From a virus (Duplodnaviria > Caudoviricetes): a stretch of 52,799 bases of DNA. The stretch is taken from IMG/VR virus record IMGVR_UViG_3300034357_000407, positions 1 through 52,799 of that record; one strand, written 5' to 3'. Below the pieces are notes generated by a model that saw only the letters and a list, made by a program, of their open reading frames with translations, ran no database searches and was not told the origin of the DNA. The position numbers were made by a program, and so were the translations under genes. Each line of letters starts with the position of its first letter. Within the stretch, counting starts at the first letter, position 1. This document shows, piece by piece, positions 26,001 to 35,791 of this stretch.

Positions 26001-27511
26001 ATACCAAATAAAAGAGAATTCACTAATCTAAACGTAATCTTTGGTTTTACAAGTAATGGTAACGTACTTTCTATTTCGAAATAAACCTCTACGCTTTCAC
26101 CTGGAGCTAATTCGTATCCAGGAGTACTCATTCCCCAAGATTCAGTTGAGTTGACTTGATTAGTTCCAATAGAAAAAGATGTAGGAATTCCATCAAAGTA
26201 CATTTTTAATGTAAATGGTACAGAAGAATAAGTAGCTTCTTTTTCTGTTTCAACAATAACCCTAACCCACCTATTATCTGTGACTTCTGTGTTTGTAATT
26301 GTAGCTATATTGGTAGTGTAGTCCATAGCTATTCCAATACCTGCGTTTATTTCTGTTACACTATCTGAAACACCCCATATATCTAAAAGAGCTGGTAATA
26401 CGTCAGGAGCTTCGTAACTTCCAACTTCCTCTATATCTAACGTATTAATAGTTTGACTATCATAGTCAACTGAAAAGTCTATTTTAGAATCTATATCTCT
26501 ACCCTCTACAAAATTACCATAAACTAATCTATTACCTATTCTTGCTTGCGTATAAGCGCTTAATGGAACGTTATCAAAACTCCTAAAGAATTCATTTTCA
26601 GATAAAACATTGTAAACCTTATAATTATCAAATAAATAAGATTTATTAAAGTTGTTAGCCCAAACTTCATCTGCCTTATTTAGTTTTATAATAGAGTAAA
26701 CATTGTTGCTATTAGATATCTTAAATACCAACTCTATTTCTTCTACTTCTCTTGGTCCTGTGTTAAAAGATATTTGATAAGACTTAGATATATTCTCCAT
26801 AGCTAAGTTTGTTGACGTATCTAAATCAACATTAAAGCTACCTGGAGTAAATGCATAAGGACTCCACGAAGAAAAAGAAGAGTAATATCCATCTTTATAT
26901 CTATATCTGTATGCAAATGATAGGAATTTATCTCTAAGGAATCCTGCGAAGTCAACATTAGTAGATTGAACTTGAACTACACTTGGAGCAAATATAGGGG
27001 AAGGTTTCATTACAGATACTTCATCTTCTGTAAAACCATCAATACCATAAGTCTTAGCTCTCTCTATATTGATTATTCTTGGAGGGTTTAGACCATCAGT
27101 CCAAGATAATAAATCATACCCTTCTACACTTACAAATAAGTCAGAATGCGATATACGATATTCCTTGTCAAACTTTAAGACACCTGTTCCGTGAGTAGAC
27201 TGAAGTACTATTTCTGTGGTATTATCAATTATATTGTATTGAATAACATAATCGTAAGAAGGAGATGTTACAAAATAGAAAGCTCTGTTCTTTGCATCAT
27301 CCTCTATACTTCCAATTGTTTCAGAATTAGCTATGTTTAAAGACGTAACCTTTAGATTGCCCTTTACATTCTTTAGCACACCAACACCACCATTATCTTC
27401 AGAAATAACCATTACATTCTCTGCATCAGTCATCTGACCATTTGGTGTCAATCTTTCGTCAAAATCTTTGTTAATTGTCGCCTTGAGAAAATTATTTTTT
27501 ATTTTAGCCAT
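23090..27511 (-). CDS. Tail stabilisation / nozzle protein (P22 gp10-like, crAss muzzle-like)
   Basis: 1473 aa; N-terminal NKDFDERL...DAENV, WTDGLNPPRIIN, FAYRYRYKDG, GNRLVYGNF and YGISSHPES beta-propeller-type motifs. Confidence 0.75.
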   Translation of the reverse strand: MAKIKNNFLKATINKDFDERLTPNGQMTDAENVMVISEDNGGVGVLKNVKGNLKVTSLNIANSETIGSIEDDAKNRAFYFVTSPSYDYVIQYNIIDNTTEIVLQSTHGTGVLKFDKEYRISHSDLFVSVEGYDLLSWTDGLNPPRIINIERAKTYGIDGFTEDEVSVMKPSPIFAPSVVQVQSTNVDFAGFLRDKFLSFAYRYRYKDGYYSSFSSWSPYAFTPGSFNVDLDTSTNLAMENISKSYQISFNTGPREVEEIELVFKISNSNNVYSIIKLNKADEVWANNFNKSYLFDNYKVYNVLSENEFFRSFDNVPLSAYTQARIGNRLVYGNFVEGRDIDSKIDFSVDYDSQTINTLDIEEVGSYEAPDVLPALLDIWGVSDSVTEINAGIGIAMDYTTNIATITNTEVTDNRWVRVIVETEKEATYSSVPFTLKMYFDGIPTSFSIGTNQVNSTESWGMSTPGYELAPGESVEVYFEIESTLPLLVKPKITFRLVNSLLFGITTSQKGFDSDDYYQLFSNNDNVINKKSLDIDFTNIPVTDGTQILFEFDIRSYFSPNDLLPPIDNLNLYTFPYTVNGTYLTKEDFITNSNFISQLETFFSAQLADPDSNIPGAINVVVDPLLTSFNTITNVLNLIIPNRTLDVEETGSGDLEEKIDYVFCEGVLISYSLGTLFTSMHSSRDYEVGMVFLDNKGRKTTVIDSKNNSVYVESDDSVTQNVLKVTTTGTPPSWAKYYKFAVKYNRGKYDTIFTKKVYNVDLFSYLELVGDNKNKVKDGDYLVVKSDLNGPLNSYVKVKVLEAKFYDKDEIDTDTDSGFFFKVKAGNFDLRVSEDDFLEFQGTYGKYLNDYYIASAKIELPVGTPLGFTSGNVLRFVSYCNRGGGGSFENKIDQEYLLTRDYADFRAVFEDIIEPSNAYQKFAVEGDVKMDYKWIPDPAGRTQISFKPRTSRYKKRYIRTKTDIYVTRSSIPVFETIPLDSDNNVYVETPRTYVINNGQYQFTTHTLSDVFNCYCFGNGVESISVRDEMTTNFLNLDYAVNAVSEDIYRQVNRYADLTYSGIYQESTNVNRLNEFNLYLANYKDDLEKRYGSIIRLDSDQTDLLVIQEDKWSKVLYGKDLLYNTDATTNLSRIEDVLGQQVLYAGEYGISSHPESYDDYGTNAFCTDDKRGVVLGMNNSNGLSEISNSGMRDYFKTLFRDNEIVNVIGQYDAFFDIYIMNIKYKIKGKDYTSLPVKYDYVTWSYSPEVNGFLGRQSFDPDSMLRVNNEFLSFKGADVYKHNVGSYNNFYGTLGQSTFAFNFNEEPSTRKIFKNISIEGNSAWNVAMNTDMQNGYISSSDFLNKEGVYYSYIRGNDFLDLSTISVTGLGVVQSITGGNYFLSEVPSLVSVGDKIYITNGSLFGTVSAIGPDYITISPEPMLSFTVSVGDFILSAKSSSIETSGIRGYYMNTRFNLQTTGYAEVYAINSEVAKSFE

Positions 27512-28359
27512 TTCTTTCTACCATTAAATAATATGAATAATTCACCACCTCTTAAATCTAACATTCTGATATTAGCATTTTGTAGGTCTCTATAGTAGTC
27601 TTTCTTAGCTCTATTAATTATGTACTCTTGAACACCATACTTATTATTTAAGATAGCGTACTTCACATAACTATATAAGGCTTGCTCAGCTAATTTATGT
27701 ACCATAACTTCGTCTCCATTATTGTACTCAAGACCATCAGATACATACTCTAATACAATTACTCTACCACCAATATTAGAATAGAATGACATTACACCTT
27801 TTCTCTTATCTATACTAAAGTATCCATTTGCATTAAGTGAAGGATTAAGACCGTAGTTAGGACCAGTTAAGTCGTGATCACAATAGCTATTATCTCTACT
27901 AACTATTCTTTCATTGTACTTTTTAAATGTTTCTGTTTCATTAGCCTCTAAAGGGTATCCATTTTCATCAAACAATATATTGAATTCGTGGTCTTGTAAA
28001 TAAGCTGTGCCAATTAGTGTTCTTGAATCTTTAGATAATGTTCTTAATAGTCCATCGTTACCTAATACAGAAACCCTAACATAAGAAACAAAGTCGTGAG
28101 GAAGTGTAAGTAATAAAGAATCACTTAACTCTAATTCTACAACCTTTACTTCCTTTAACGTATCGTAATTAAACTCTTGAATACCTCTCTTAAAATGTTG
28201 TAATACATTATATCTCTTTACATTAGATAGTAACCTATCGTCTCCGATTTGTTCTAACATAAAATTATTAACCAATTGAGATAGAGATACATACTGATAA
28301 CTACCCCAATTATCCTCGTTATTATAGTAATTTATTGGTGGTAAAATTTGGTGTGCCAT
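27499..28359 (-). CDS. Tail ring / adaptor structural protein
   Basis: KRGIQEFNYD, LPHDFVSYVRVS and VLEYVSDG motifs; position upstream of the nozzle gene. Confidence 0.7.
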   Translation of the reverse strand: MAHQILPPINYYNNEDNWGSYQYVSLSQLVNNFMLEQIGDDRLLSNVKRYNVLQHFKRGIQEFNYDTLKEVKVVELELSDSLLLTLPHDFVSYVRVSVLGNDGLLRTLSKDSRTLIGTAYLQDHEFNILFDENGYPLEANETETFKKYNERIVSRDNSYCDHDLTGPNYGLNPSLNANGYFSIDKRKGVMSFYSNIGGRVIVLEYVSDGLEYNNGDEVMVHKLAEQALYSYVKYAILNNKYGVQEYIINRAKKDYYRDLQNANIRMLDLRGGELFILFNGRKKWLK

Positions 28360-28369
28360 CTATTATATT

Positions 28370-29095
28370 TTATAATTGTTCGTTATTTATGCTTGCGGTT
28401 TCCATTGCTTGCGCTATCTGTACCACATCATTCTCTCTAATTTCAATACCACAATATCCTAATATCTTGATAACTAAGTCTGAAAAGAATTGTTCTGGTA
28501 ACTCAAAGTCTTGGTAGTCAGTTGCAGATGCATTAAACAAAGGGTTTCCTCCAACACTTAAGTAAGTCCATTTCGGTGCTTTAGGTTTTCTGATATAAGT
28601 ACCTATGATTGTAGCTGTATTATCTATTGGGAAGATTCTATATTTACCATTAATACCAACATATACAGGGTATTCTGCTGTAGGTGATATTAGATTATTA
28701 TTAAGTAACTTGGTTATCTCTAATTTACTAACCTCTTCAACCTCTATTCTTCCAGAAAATTGATTTGCTCCATTTGGCAATCTTTCTATCTTAACACCCT
28801 TGTAAAAATCAGTTGTAGTATATTGATGTAAGCCACTTTCAGTTGTTAAGGATAAATTAGCCTCAGAAATAAATACATCAAACGCCTCTCTAATATGCTT
28901 TGGTATATCTGAAAATTCAGAGTGATACATTCTTGCATTTTGCTTAGATATAGCCTTAGAGTACTTGTGAAATAGCTCTTCGAATATAGCCATTTGTGCT
29001 AATTCAGAATATAAATTAAATTCTAAAGGACTAACATAGCCTCTATTGTCTTTATTTAATATAGCTAATACCGTAGTATATACTTGATTTATCAT
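28370..29095 (-). CDS. Tail ring / tubular protein
   Basis: VYTTVLAILNKDNRGYVSPLEFN...YIRKPKAPKWTY...QDFELP. Confidence 0.7.
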   Translation of the reverse strand: MINQVYTTVLAILNKDNRGYVSPLEFNLYSELAQMAIFEELFHKYSKAISKQNARMYHSEFSDIPKHIREAFDVFISEANLSLTTESGLHQYTTTDFYKGVKIERLPNGANQFSGRIEVEEVSKLEITKLLNNNLISPTAEYPVYVGINGKYRIFPIDNTATIIGTYIRKPKAPKWTYLSVGGNPLFNASATDYQDFELPEQFFSDLVIKILGYCGIEIRENDVVQIAQAMETASINNEQL

Positions 29096-29114
29096 TTGTA
29101 AGTAAATTTATTTG

Positions 29115-29122
29115 CAAAGATA
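29115..29122 (-). promoter_or_regulatory. -7 promoter element
   Basis: Minus strand TATCTTTG. Confidence 0.6.
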
Positions 29123-29128
29123 CAAAAT

Positions 29129-29159
29129 AAAAAAAAGCCCCTAATCAATAGAGGCTTTT
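29129..29159 (-). terminator. Intrinsic terminator
   Basis: AAAAGCCCCTA/TAGAGGCTTTT inverted repeat with A tract on + (T tract on -). Confidence 0.7.
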
Positions 29160-29189
29160 GCATTTCACATAAAACTAAATGAGTGCGTA

Positions 29190-29939
29190 TTATTTTATCT
29201 TACTTTGAACGTACTTATTAAAGGCTTTTCCTTCGTCTGTATCGTTCATCCATCTTGCAAGTGTGTTGAACTTGTCTGTCTCGTCAAATGGAACTTTACA
29301 TAATAATGTTTCACCATTATAGAACGCATTTCCTTTGTATTGAGCAAGATTTAATTCTGTAGCTCTTACAGCTAACCCTTTTAACTTGGTTAGATCATCT
29401 GAAGCTAACTTCATAAAACTTTCTGGATTTGATTTAGCGTATAAGAATACATCTCTCTTAACCTCTGCTGTTTTCTTAGATAATACTGAACTACCATATA
29501 ATGATAATGCAATACTTTCAATTTCAGGTAAAGTTAATGCCATAGCTGTTTGTAATGCTTCCATTTCAACCTCTAATGAACTTAACTCTTTCTCAGCAAT
29601 TTCATCTGGTTTAAATTCTTCAAATACAACTCCATTATCAGGAGTAATGTCTAAGAATTTTTGTAATTGTGGATTTGTTCTTGGAACGGTAAGTTTTCCG
29701 TTTTGAAAGATAATTGAACCTAAAATAACGTCTCCGCTTTGTTCGTCTTCAAATACCGACATTTGATTTGTTCCATAACATAAACTCTTTAATGTTTTTT
29801 CTTCTTCGTCAAAGAATTGTAATGGAGACCCCTTCTTATGTCTATTTCTTAAGAATAGTTGCATAGGTGGGTTTTTCGCAAGCAAGATATATGTCTTATC
29901 TTTTACTGCTTCTTCAGTTTTTTTAGCTTTTACTGCCAT
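29190..29939 (-). CDS. Conserved capsid-associated hypothetical protein
   Basis: 249 aa; follows the capsid gene in the structural gene order. Confidence 0.65.
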   Translation of the reverse strand: MAVKAKKTEEAVKDKTYILLAKNPPMQLFLRNRHKKGSPLQFFDEEEKTLKSLCYGTNQMSVFEDEQSGDVILGSIIFQNGKLTVPRTNPQLQKFLDITPDNGVVFEEFKPDEIAEKELSSLEVEMEALQTAMALTLPEIESIALSLYGSSVLSKKTAEVKRDVFLYAKSNPESFMKLASDDLTKLKGLAVRATELNLAQYKGNAFYNGETLLCKVPFDETDKFNTLARWMNDTDEGKAFNKYVQSKIK

Positions 29940-29964
29940 ATTAAATTAAATTAAAATTATTCTG

Positions 29965-29972
29965 CAAAGATA
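29965..29972 (-). promoter_or_regulatory. -7 promoter element followed by a TTTAA-repeat leader
   Basis: Minus strand TTTCG-TATCTTTG-CAGA...TTTTAATTTAATTTAAT-ATG. Confidence 0.65.
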
Positions 29973-30021
29973 CGAAATAAAATAAGTTGTAATTTTAACT
30001 TTTCGTTTAGAAGTAATTATA

Positions 30022-30029
30022 TATATTTG
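30022..30029 (+). promoter_or_regulatory. -7 promoter element for the homing endonuclease
   Basis: TATATTTG, 14 nt before ATG 30044. Confidence 0.55.
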
Positions 30030-30043
30030 TAAAAAAAATAAAG

Positions 30044-30832
30044 ATGGCGTACATTTATAGACATATACGAAAAGATACAAATCAAGTTTTTTATATTGGC
30101 ATAGGAACTGATAATAAAGGAAAGCATACTAGAGCTAAAAGTAAAGCAAGAAATAGATATTGGAAAAGAATTGTAGAAAAAACAAACTATGAAATTGAAA
30201 TACTATTTGATGACATAACAAAAGAAGAGGCTATAAGCAAGGAAATAGAGTTCATATCTATATATGGAAGAAGAGATTTGAATAAAGGTACTTTAGCTAA
30301 TTTAACTGATGGAGGAGAAGGTGTTGTAAATATGAGTGAAGAAGGTAAATCTGTACTAAGAAAAATTAGACAAAATACAGTAATGTCTCAAGAACAAAAA
30401 GATAAGTATTCGGAAATGTTCAAAGGTAGTGGTAATCCTAATGCATCTAAGATAATATGTGGAAAAACATTACACATTTTTGATAGCATTCAAGAAGCTG
30501 CTGAATTTTTAAAAATAAACAAACACACTCTTAGAAACAATATTAACGGAAAAAACTGTAATAAAATTGGTTTTTATTACTACAAAGACTATTTGGAAAA
30601 AGGACTTGAAGTATTAGAAAAAGAAAGACTTCTTAAAATAAAACAAGTAAAAGAAGAATTGAGTCAAAAAAGAAGCAATAATGCCAGCAAGAAAGTTATA
30701 AATACAATGACAGCAGAAGTTTTTGATACAGTAGCTGATGCTGCAAAATCTATAGGAATTACAAGTCTTCATCTTTCATCAATGCTTGTAGGCAGAAATA
30801 AAAACAAGACAGGTATGAGATTTTATGGATAA
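30044..30832 (+). CDS. Free-standing GIY-YIG homing endonuclease with NUMOD DNA-binding repeats
   Basis: YIYRH...FYIGIG N-terminus; NLTDGGEG; NUMOD1-like FDSIQEAAEFL and FDTVADAAKSI. Confidence 0.85.
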   Translation: MAYIYRHIRKDTNQVFYIGIGTDNKGKHTRAKSKARNRYWKRIVEKTNYEIEILFDDITKEEAISKEIEFISIYGRRDLNKGTLANLTDGGEGVVNMSEEGKSVLRKIRQNTVMSQEQKDKYSEMFKGSGNPNASKIICGKTLHIFDSIQEAAEFLKINKHTLRNNINGKNCNKIGFYYYKDYLEKGLEVLEKERLLKIKQVKEELSQKRSNNASKKVINTMTAEVFDTVADAAKSIGITSLHLSSMLVGRNKNKTGMRFYG

Positions 30833-30860
30833 AAAAAGAGGGGCTATAGACCCCTCTCTT
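30831..30860. terminator. Terminator downstream of the major capsid gene (likely bidirectional)
   Basis: A7-GAGGGG-CTATAGA-CCCCTC-TCTT. Confidence 0.8.
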
Positions 30861-30890
30861 ATTATAACTAATTGATTATCAGATAGTTAC

Positions 30891-32231
30891 CTACCCCTTA
30901 ATTAGGACGAAATTATTACGACCACACGTAACTAAGGCTCTTTCTGTAAGAAAATGCATTTGGTTAGCATCTAAGTCAGAGTTATTAGCTCCACCTGCTG
31001 AACCAGTAGTCCACACTTTGTAACGTCTGTCTTCAGTACCTGACTTACGGTATTTAACGTGTAAGAATGGTAAAGTAGCATTAGCCCCTAAAACCTCATC
31101 TCTAACAGTTTTTGTTCCAGAAGGACACATAACACCATTGATTGCAGCGTTACCAGTGAACAAACCACGAGCAGTTGGATCATCTAAGTATTTCCATTGA
31201 GATTTGTAAATTTCGTAACCAGCAACTTTGAAACCTGAGAAACCTAAGTTTAAAGCTGTATCTTCGCTGTTATTGAAAGCTCCGTAAGAAGTACCTCCAA
31301 CACCGTAAGAATTTTGAGCAGCTAACAAGTAATCAATAGCTCTATCTTGTTCGAAATCATTGAACATCATATATTCAGAAATAGCACCTTGTTTGTTTAA
31401 ACGAGATAAAATTTCATCTATATCATCCATAGTAGAAATTACACCAGAGAATACGTTACCTTGAGCAACAGCTTCGAAGAAACCTTCAGTACCTGTGAAC
31501 CCAGCATTAGCAGCAGCAGAACCAGTTTCGAAAGAAACACCCTCTACCATACCCATCTCGATATAGTCATCAAATCTTTGACGAGATTGCGCTCTTGATT
31601 TTAAGTACCATAAGTACCCATTACCACCTTCTCCTTCAACTTCAATCCAACCAACTTGAGCCATATCAGAACCATTAACTTCATCTAATTCTTTGATGAT
31701 GATTGGTTTGTTCTCGAAGATGTCTGGAGTAGCCTCTAAAGATTCAGCTCTACCATTAGTTCCTTTTTTATACTCATTAGAGTAAGTGAAAGCTTTAATA
31801 GCTGTAGTAGCAAATCCTGTAAAACCTGTAGTAGTAGAAGGAGCAACTGTAAATGTATCAGCAGTGATAGCTGTTACAATACCTTTAACCTCTAATGTAC
31901 CATCATTTAAGATTACAGTATCATTTAAACGGAAAGGGTGTGCTGTTAATGTTAAAACACTAGAAGAACGTGTAATACCTGTACCAACTGGTCTTAAACG
32001 ACCTTCTTCAGACCATTTAATTAAGTCAGATTGGATAGCCATTTCTTGACCCATTTTCTCTAAGAAACCTTTTAATGATTGGTTTCCGTAACGAGAGAAT
32101 TCTTTCTCATACAATTCAGGTAAGAATTGATTTGTGAAGTCGAAATCAGAGGCGTTTAAGTAACTACCAGGTGTGATTTCTTTTGTTGCAGTAGGAGTTA
32201 AATTAACTCCTGGACTTGAATTTAATGCCAT
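30891..32231 (-). CDS. Major capsid protein
   Basis: 446 aa after portal and scaffold; QFLPELYEKEFSRYGN, IKWSEEGR, GTEGFF; high-expression-type codon choice. Confidence 0.85.
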   Translation of the reverse strand: MALNSSPGVNLTPTATKEITPGSYLNASDFDFTNQFLPELYEKEFSRYGNQSLKGFLEKMGQEMAIQSDLIKWSEEGRLRPVGTGITRSSSVLTLTAHPFRLNDTVILNDGTLEVKGIVTAITADTFTVAPSTTTGFTGFATTAIKAFTYSNEYKKGTNGRAESLEATPDIFENKPIIIKELDEVNGSDMAQVGWIEVEGEGGNGYLWYLKSRAQSRQRFDDYIEMGMVEGVSFETGSAAANAGFTGTEGFFEAVAQGNVFSGVISTMDDIDEILSRLNKQGAISEYMMFNDFEQDRAIDYLLAAQNSYGVGGTSYGAFNNSEDTALNLGFSGFKVAGYEIYKSQWKYLDDPTARGLFTGNAAINGVMCPSGTKTVRDEVLGANATLPFLHVKYRKSGTEDRRYKVWTTGSAGGANNSDLDANQMHFLTERALVTCGRNNFVLIKG

Positions 32232-32266
32232 TTGTGTGTGTTTTTGTTTTTTTTATTATTTCTTTT

Positions 32267-33286
32267 TTATACTAATTTAAACTTTGTGCCAGTAGATATA
32301 CTCTCTGGCGCTCTACGCATTCCCATATCTATGTTCTTACTATTTCTAACCTCATCCTCGATAGCTTTAGCTTTAGCTGTTTCATATACGTTTGATAAGA
32401 TTGATTCATAATTCATAGCTACATACAATGCTTTGTGGTATCCTTCAGGGTCTTTGATAAAACCATTCTCATCTAAGAACTTTCCTAAAAAATTCATCAC
32501 ATTTGATTGTGTCTCTTTCGTAGATTGAATATTTGAAGGTTTGTGATTAATAACTTCTTCACCAACTTTAAACTCAAAACCTTTGAATTCATTGCTAAAT
32601 AAATTATCAGTCTCCTTCAAGAATATTTCATTCTGTTTCTGAGATAATTCTTCTTGCCCTTTAATTGAATCTACAAACTCCTTAGCACTTTTGTATTCAG
32701 CTGGAATTTCTGTATCACTAGACCCTAATGGTACAGCATATTTTTCCTTTTGTTTATTAAAGTATTCTAAGGCATCTGCGTGAGCCTTCTTAAATGCACG
32801 AGTCTTTTTTCTTATATCCTTATCGTCATCGATGTCTTCATCATAAGCGTATGCATCTAAAAACTCATCTTGAATATCCTCATTGTCGAATTCAGGATTC
32901 ATTTCTCGCATATACTTCTTAACGACATCTTGCTCGTCTAATTCAGAATAGTCTTTTTGGTATTCTAAAAAATCATTATACCCTCTACCTGTTTCCTCTT
33001 TAAACTCTAAGTATTTTTTAACATCTTCTGGTAATTCCTTGCTTTCGCTTTTAGGAGCTACCTTAGATAATAATTCTTCCTTAGTCTTAAGGTATTCTAA
33101 TACGTCATCGTCATTATTAAATGTAAGAACTTTTTTATCTTCTATAATATCATCAAGTGTGTCATCTGTTGTTGTAACCGAATCTGTAATTTGGTCGTTC
33201 ACTTCAGACAATCCTTCATTATCAATGATTACATCATTATTTTGAACATCAGAGTACTCAGACCCTTCTAATTTCATTTTAAACAT
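32267..33286 (-). CDS. Capsid scaffolding protein
   Basis: Acidic and helical, between portal and capsid; ELPEDVKKYLEFKEETG. Confidence 0.7.
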   Translation of the reverse strand: MFKMKLEGSEYSDVQNNDVIIDNEGLSEVNDQITDSVTTTDDTLDDIIEDKKVLTFNNDDDVLEYLKTKEELLSKVAPKSESKELPEDVKKYLEFKEETGRGYNDFLEYQKDYSELDEQDVVKKYMREMNPEFDNEDIQDEFLDAYAYDEDIDDDKDIRKKTRAFKKAHADALEYFNKQKEKYAVPLGSSDTEIPAEYKSAKEFVDSIKGQEELSQKQNEIFLKETDNLFSNEFKGFEFKVGEEVINHKPSNIQSTKETQSNVMNFLGKFLDENGFIKDPEGYHKALYVAMNYESILSNVYETAKAKAIEDEVRNSKNIDMGMRRAPESISTGTKFKLV

Positions 33287-33315
33287 ATAGTATTTGATTT
33301 AATTAAATTTCTCTG

Positions 33316-33323
33316 CAAAATTA
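33316..33323 (-). promoter_or_regulatory. -7 promoter element
   Basis: Minus strand TAATTTTG-CAGAG. Confidence 0.55.
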
Positions 33324-33341
33324 CAAAATAATAGTTTTTAT

Positions 33342-35783
33342 TTATCGTGGCTCAAATTCTGATAAAGAAAACCCATCAAGACTATCTTCATTCGATTCAA
33401 ATGACACCGCAGGTAAATCTTTTTTACGTTGCTCTATCATCTTAGATTGCTGTGTAGCTTGTAATTTTGTTCTCTCATCTTTTCTATCCTCCTTCATTTG
33501 TTCTTTGGTCTTCATACCATCAACCTCAATCCCCTTAAGTTGCATTTGGTATCCAAACTCTTTCTCCATAAGCATAAGTTTCATTTCAACTTCAGCCTTC
33601 ATCTTTTCTATCTCAGCAGCTACTCTTGCTTGTTCTACCATAGCTTTACTTTGACCTTCTAATTGAATTAACTGAGCTTTACCTTCTGAAGCAGCTTGTG
33701 CAGATTGCATATTGCCTTGAGTTTGAGCATTAATCTCTTGCATTTTTTGCTCTTGTCTCTCCTTCATTCTCTTCTCCTTCTTAATAGAGAGGTATTTAGA
33801 GGCTAATGATAAATTCTTAATACCAAGAATAGCATACTTATCTTCTACTCCAAGATTTCCTTGTTGAATTTCAAATGTAATATCCCCTTCTAATTTAGCT
33901 CTTTCTTCTTCGTCAGGTGTTAATTCGATATTTATAGCAAAGTCGTGGATATACATATTCTTAATCTTATCCAACGCTGTAACATTATTAGCTGATATTT
34001 TGTTTATTAAGTTTTGTTTGGTCTCAGAGAATTGTAATACGTCTGCAATACGAATTGTAATACATTTAGCTAACTCTCTAGTTACAAACATACTTCCTGC
34101 TAATATATGTCTTGTCGCTACATTTGAAGAATATGCAGCCATCTTTTGAATACCAACTAAGCTATTCTTATCAGGGTTGCTAGCGTCAATAGCCTGGTTA
34201 ATCCCTGTTACAGAGGCAATCATATCCATAGATATTTGAATTGAATTCCATAACGAACTAATCTTATCTTGACCCGATGAATGTCTAATCTCTTGAATAG
34301 GCACTTTAGCGTTATTAAATTCACCACCAACATTAGAACTTCTACCAATAACAGAACCTGTTTGGAAGTACATATTCATAGCATCTTCTACGGTGTATTT
34401 GTTTCCTCCTCCAAGATTAATACCTACTAGTCCATCAACATCAATGTATTGACCATCAGGAACAACTCTTTGTTTTATTTGTTGTAGCTTTAACCAAGAC
34501 ATTTGAATGTCATCTGCAAAAGGTATCATTCTATTAACTGTAGAGTCGATATATCCTTTATACATTTTAGGAGCAATACCAATGTAGTTAGGTTGTACTT
34601 TATTTAAGTTTGATTTCTCCTTAACCATATTTTTACAAACCTCCCACTTTAATAAGATATTTGTACCTAATACCAATATACCTTCAAACCACACCTCTTC
34701 AATCTTAGTTAACTTCTCGAAGTCGGCATCTCCTGTTCCTTTATATACAAAGTCGTTATCTTTTGCGATAACTTTTAATCCACCCTTTGAATTCTTCTTC
34801 TTCTTCCAAACCTTCTCTCTTGACGTTTTATAGTTAAAGTATAGTAAACCTAATTTACCATCTAATACATCTTGAGACTGACCATTAAGATTTAATTCGT
34901 AGTAGTTATTCCAAGATGAAGATATGCTTTGTAGTCTTTGTCTTTGTTCGTCAGTTAGATTTGGAAATTCCTTATAAACTTCAGATAGGTTTGTATTCTT
35001 GTATTCTCCATAGTAGAAGCAATCTTGAAAGTAAGGGTCTTCTGTATACGACCAAATTAAGTTTGCAGGGTCAACGTATTCAATTTTAATTCCGTCTCCA
35101 GGAACAAATCTGTGTTTTCCAAAACCAACGCCAATCTCGATTATATCCTTCTCTATTTTTCTTCTTGTAATTTCGTTGTAGTTATTCTCTTTAAATACCG
35201 TTTCAACAGCTATCTCAACAGCTTGCTCAATTGGTGGTTTAAATTCAAACTCCATCTTAATATCTATCTCATCTTCACTTTCTGGTATCTGATCTAAAGG
35301 CACAGAAGTTACTTCAATTCCAACATCATTCTTTATTTTTTGAGCTAACTCTTTTCCAATCATATCTGTCTTAAGATTCTCTCTCTTCTTTGATTTCTCT
35401 TCAACAGACGTAGGGTCTACTGCAATAGCGTTAATAGAGAATTCTCTCTGAGCCATTCCATTAGCAATTATATCTACATATTTAGGGATAACTGGTATAA
35501 CCTTCCAATCTAAATTCAAATAAGACATATCTCCATTAACAGCGAAGTACTCCTTATATCTTGCAACACTCTGCAATCCATTAGCATACATTCTTCTCTT
35601 ATGAAACTCGTCTCTTTGTTGATAATACTTACAGTTTGAACCTTCTCTCTTAAACCACTCATATTGAATAGCTTCAGCAACTTGTCTACCGAAATCACTT
35701 CCCTTTTGAACCTCAAATGGTACGTTTTGATTTGGAAAACTTCTGTAAGTAATGGAAATACCTTCCGCTTTCTTCTTTATCAT
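33342..35783 (-). CDS. Portal protein
   Basis: 813 aa directly after the terminase; SYLNLDWKVIPVIPKYVDII, YVDPANL, YFQTGSVIGRS; long C-terminal coiled-coil barrel. Confidence 0.85.
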   Translation of the reverse strand: MIKKKAEGISITYRSFPNQNVPFEVQKGSDFGRQVAEAIQYEWFKREGSNCKYYQQRDEFHKRRMYANGLQSVARYKEYFAVNGDMSYLNLDWKVIPVIPKYVDIIANGMAQREFSINAIAVDPTSVEEKSKKRENLKTDMIGKELAQKIKNDVGIEVTSVPLDQIPESEDEIDIKMEFEFKPPIEQAVEIAVETVFKENNYNEITRRKIEKDIIEIGVGFGKHRFVPGDGIKIEYVDPANLIWSYTEDPYFQDCFYYGEYKNTNLSEVYKEFPNLTDEQRQRLQSISSSWNNYYELNLNGQSQDVLDGKLGLLYFNYKTSREKVWKKKKNSKGGLKVIAKDNDFVYKGTGDADFEKLTKIEEVWFEGILVLGTNILLKWEVCKNMVKEKSNLNKVQPNYIGIAPKMYKGYIDSTVNRMIPFADDIQMSWLKLQQIKQRVVPDGQYIDVDGLVGINLGGGNKYTVEDAMNMYFQTGSVIGRSSNVGGEFNNAKVPIQEIRHSSGQDKISSLWNSIQISMDMIASVTGINQAIDASNPDKNSLVGIQKMAAYSSNVATRHILAGSMFVTRELAKCITIRIADVLQFSETKQNLINKISANNVTALDKIKNMYIHDFAINIELTPDEEERAKLEGDITFEIQQGNLGVEDKYAILGIKNLSLASKYLSIKKEKRMKERQEQKMQEINAQTQGNMQSAQAASEGKAQLIQLEGQSKAMVEQARVAAEIEKMKAEVEMKLMLMEKEFGYQMQLKGIEVDGMKTKEQMKEDRKDERTKLQATQQSKMIEQRKKDLPAVSFESNEDSLDGFSLSEFEPR

Positions 35784-35791
35784 TTTTTACT

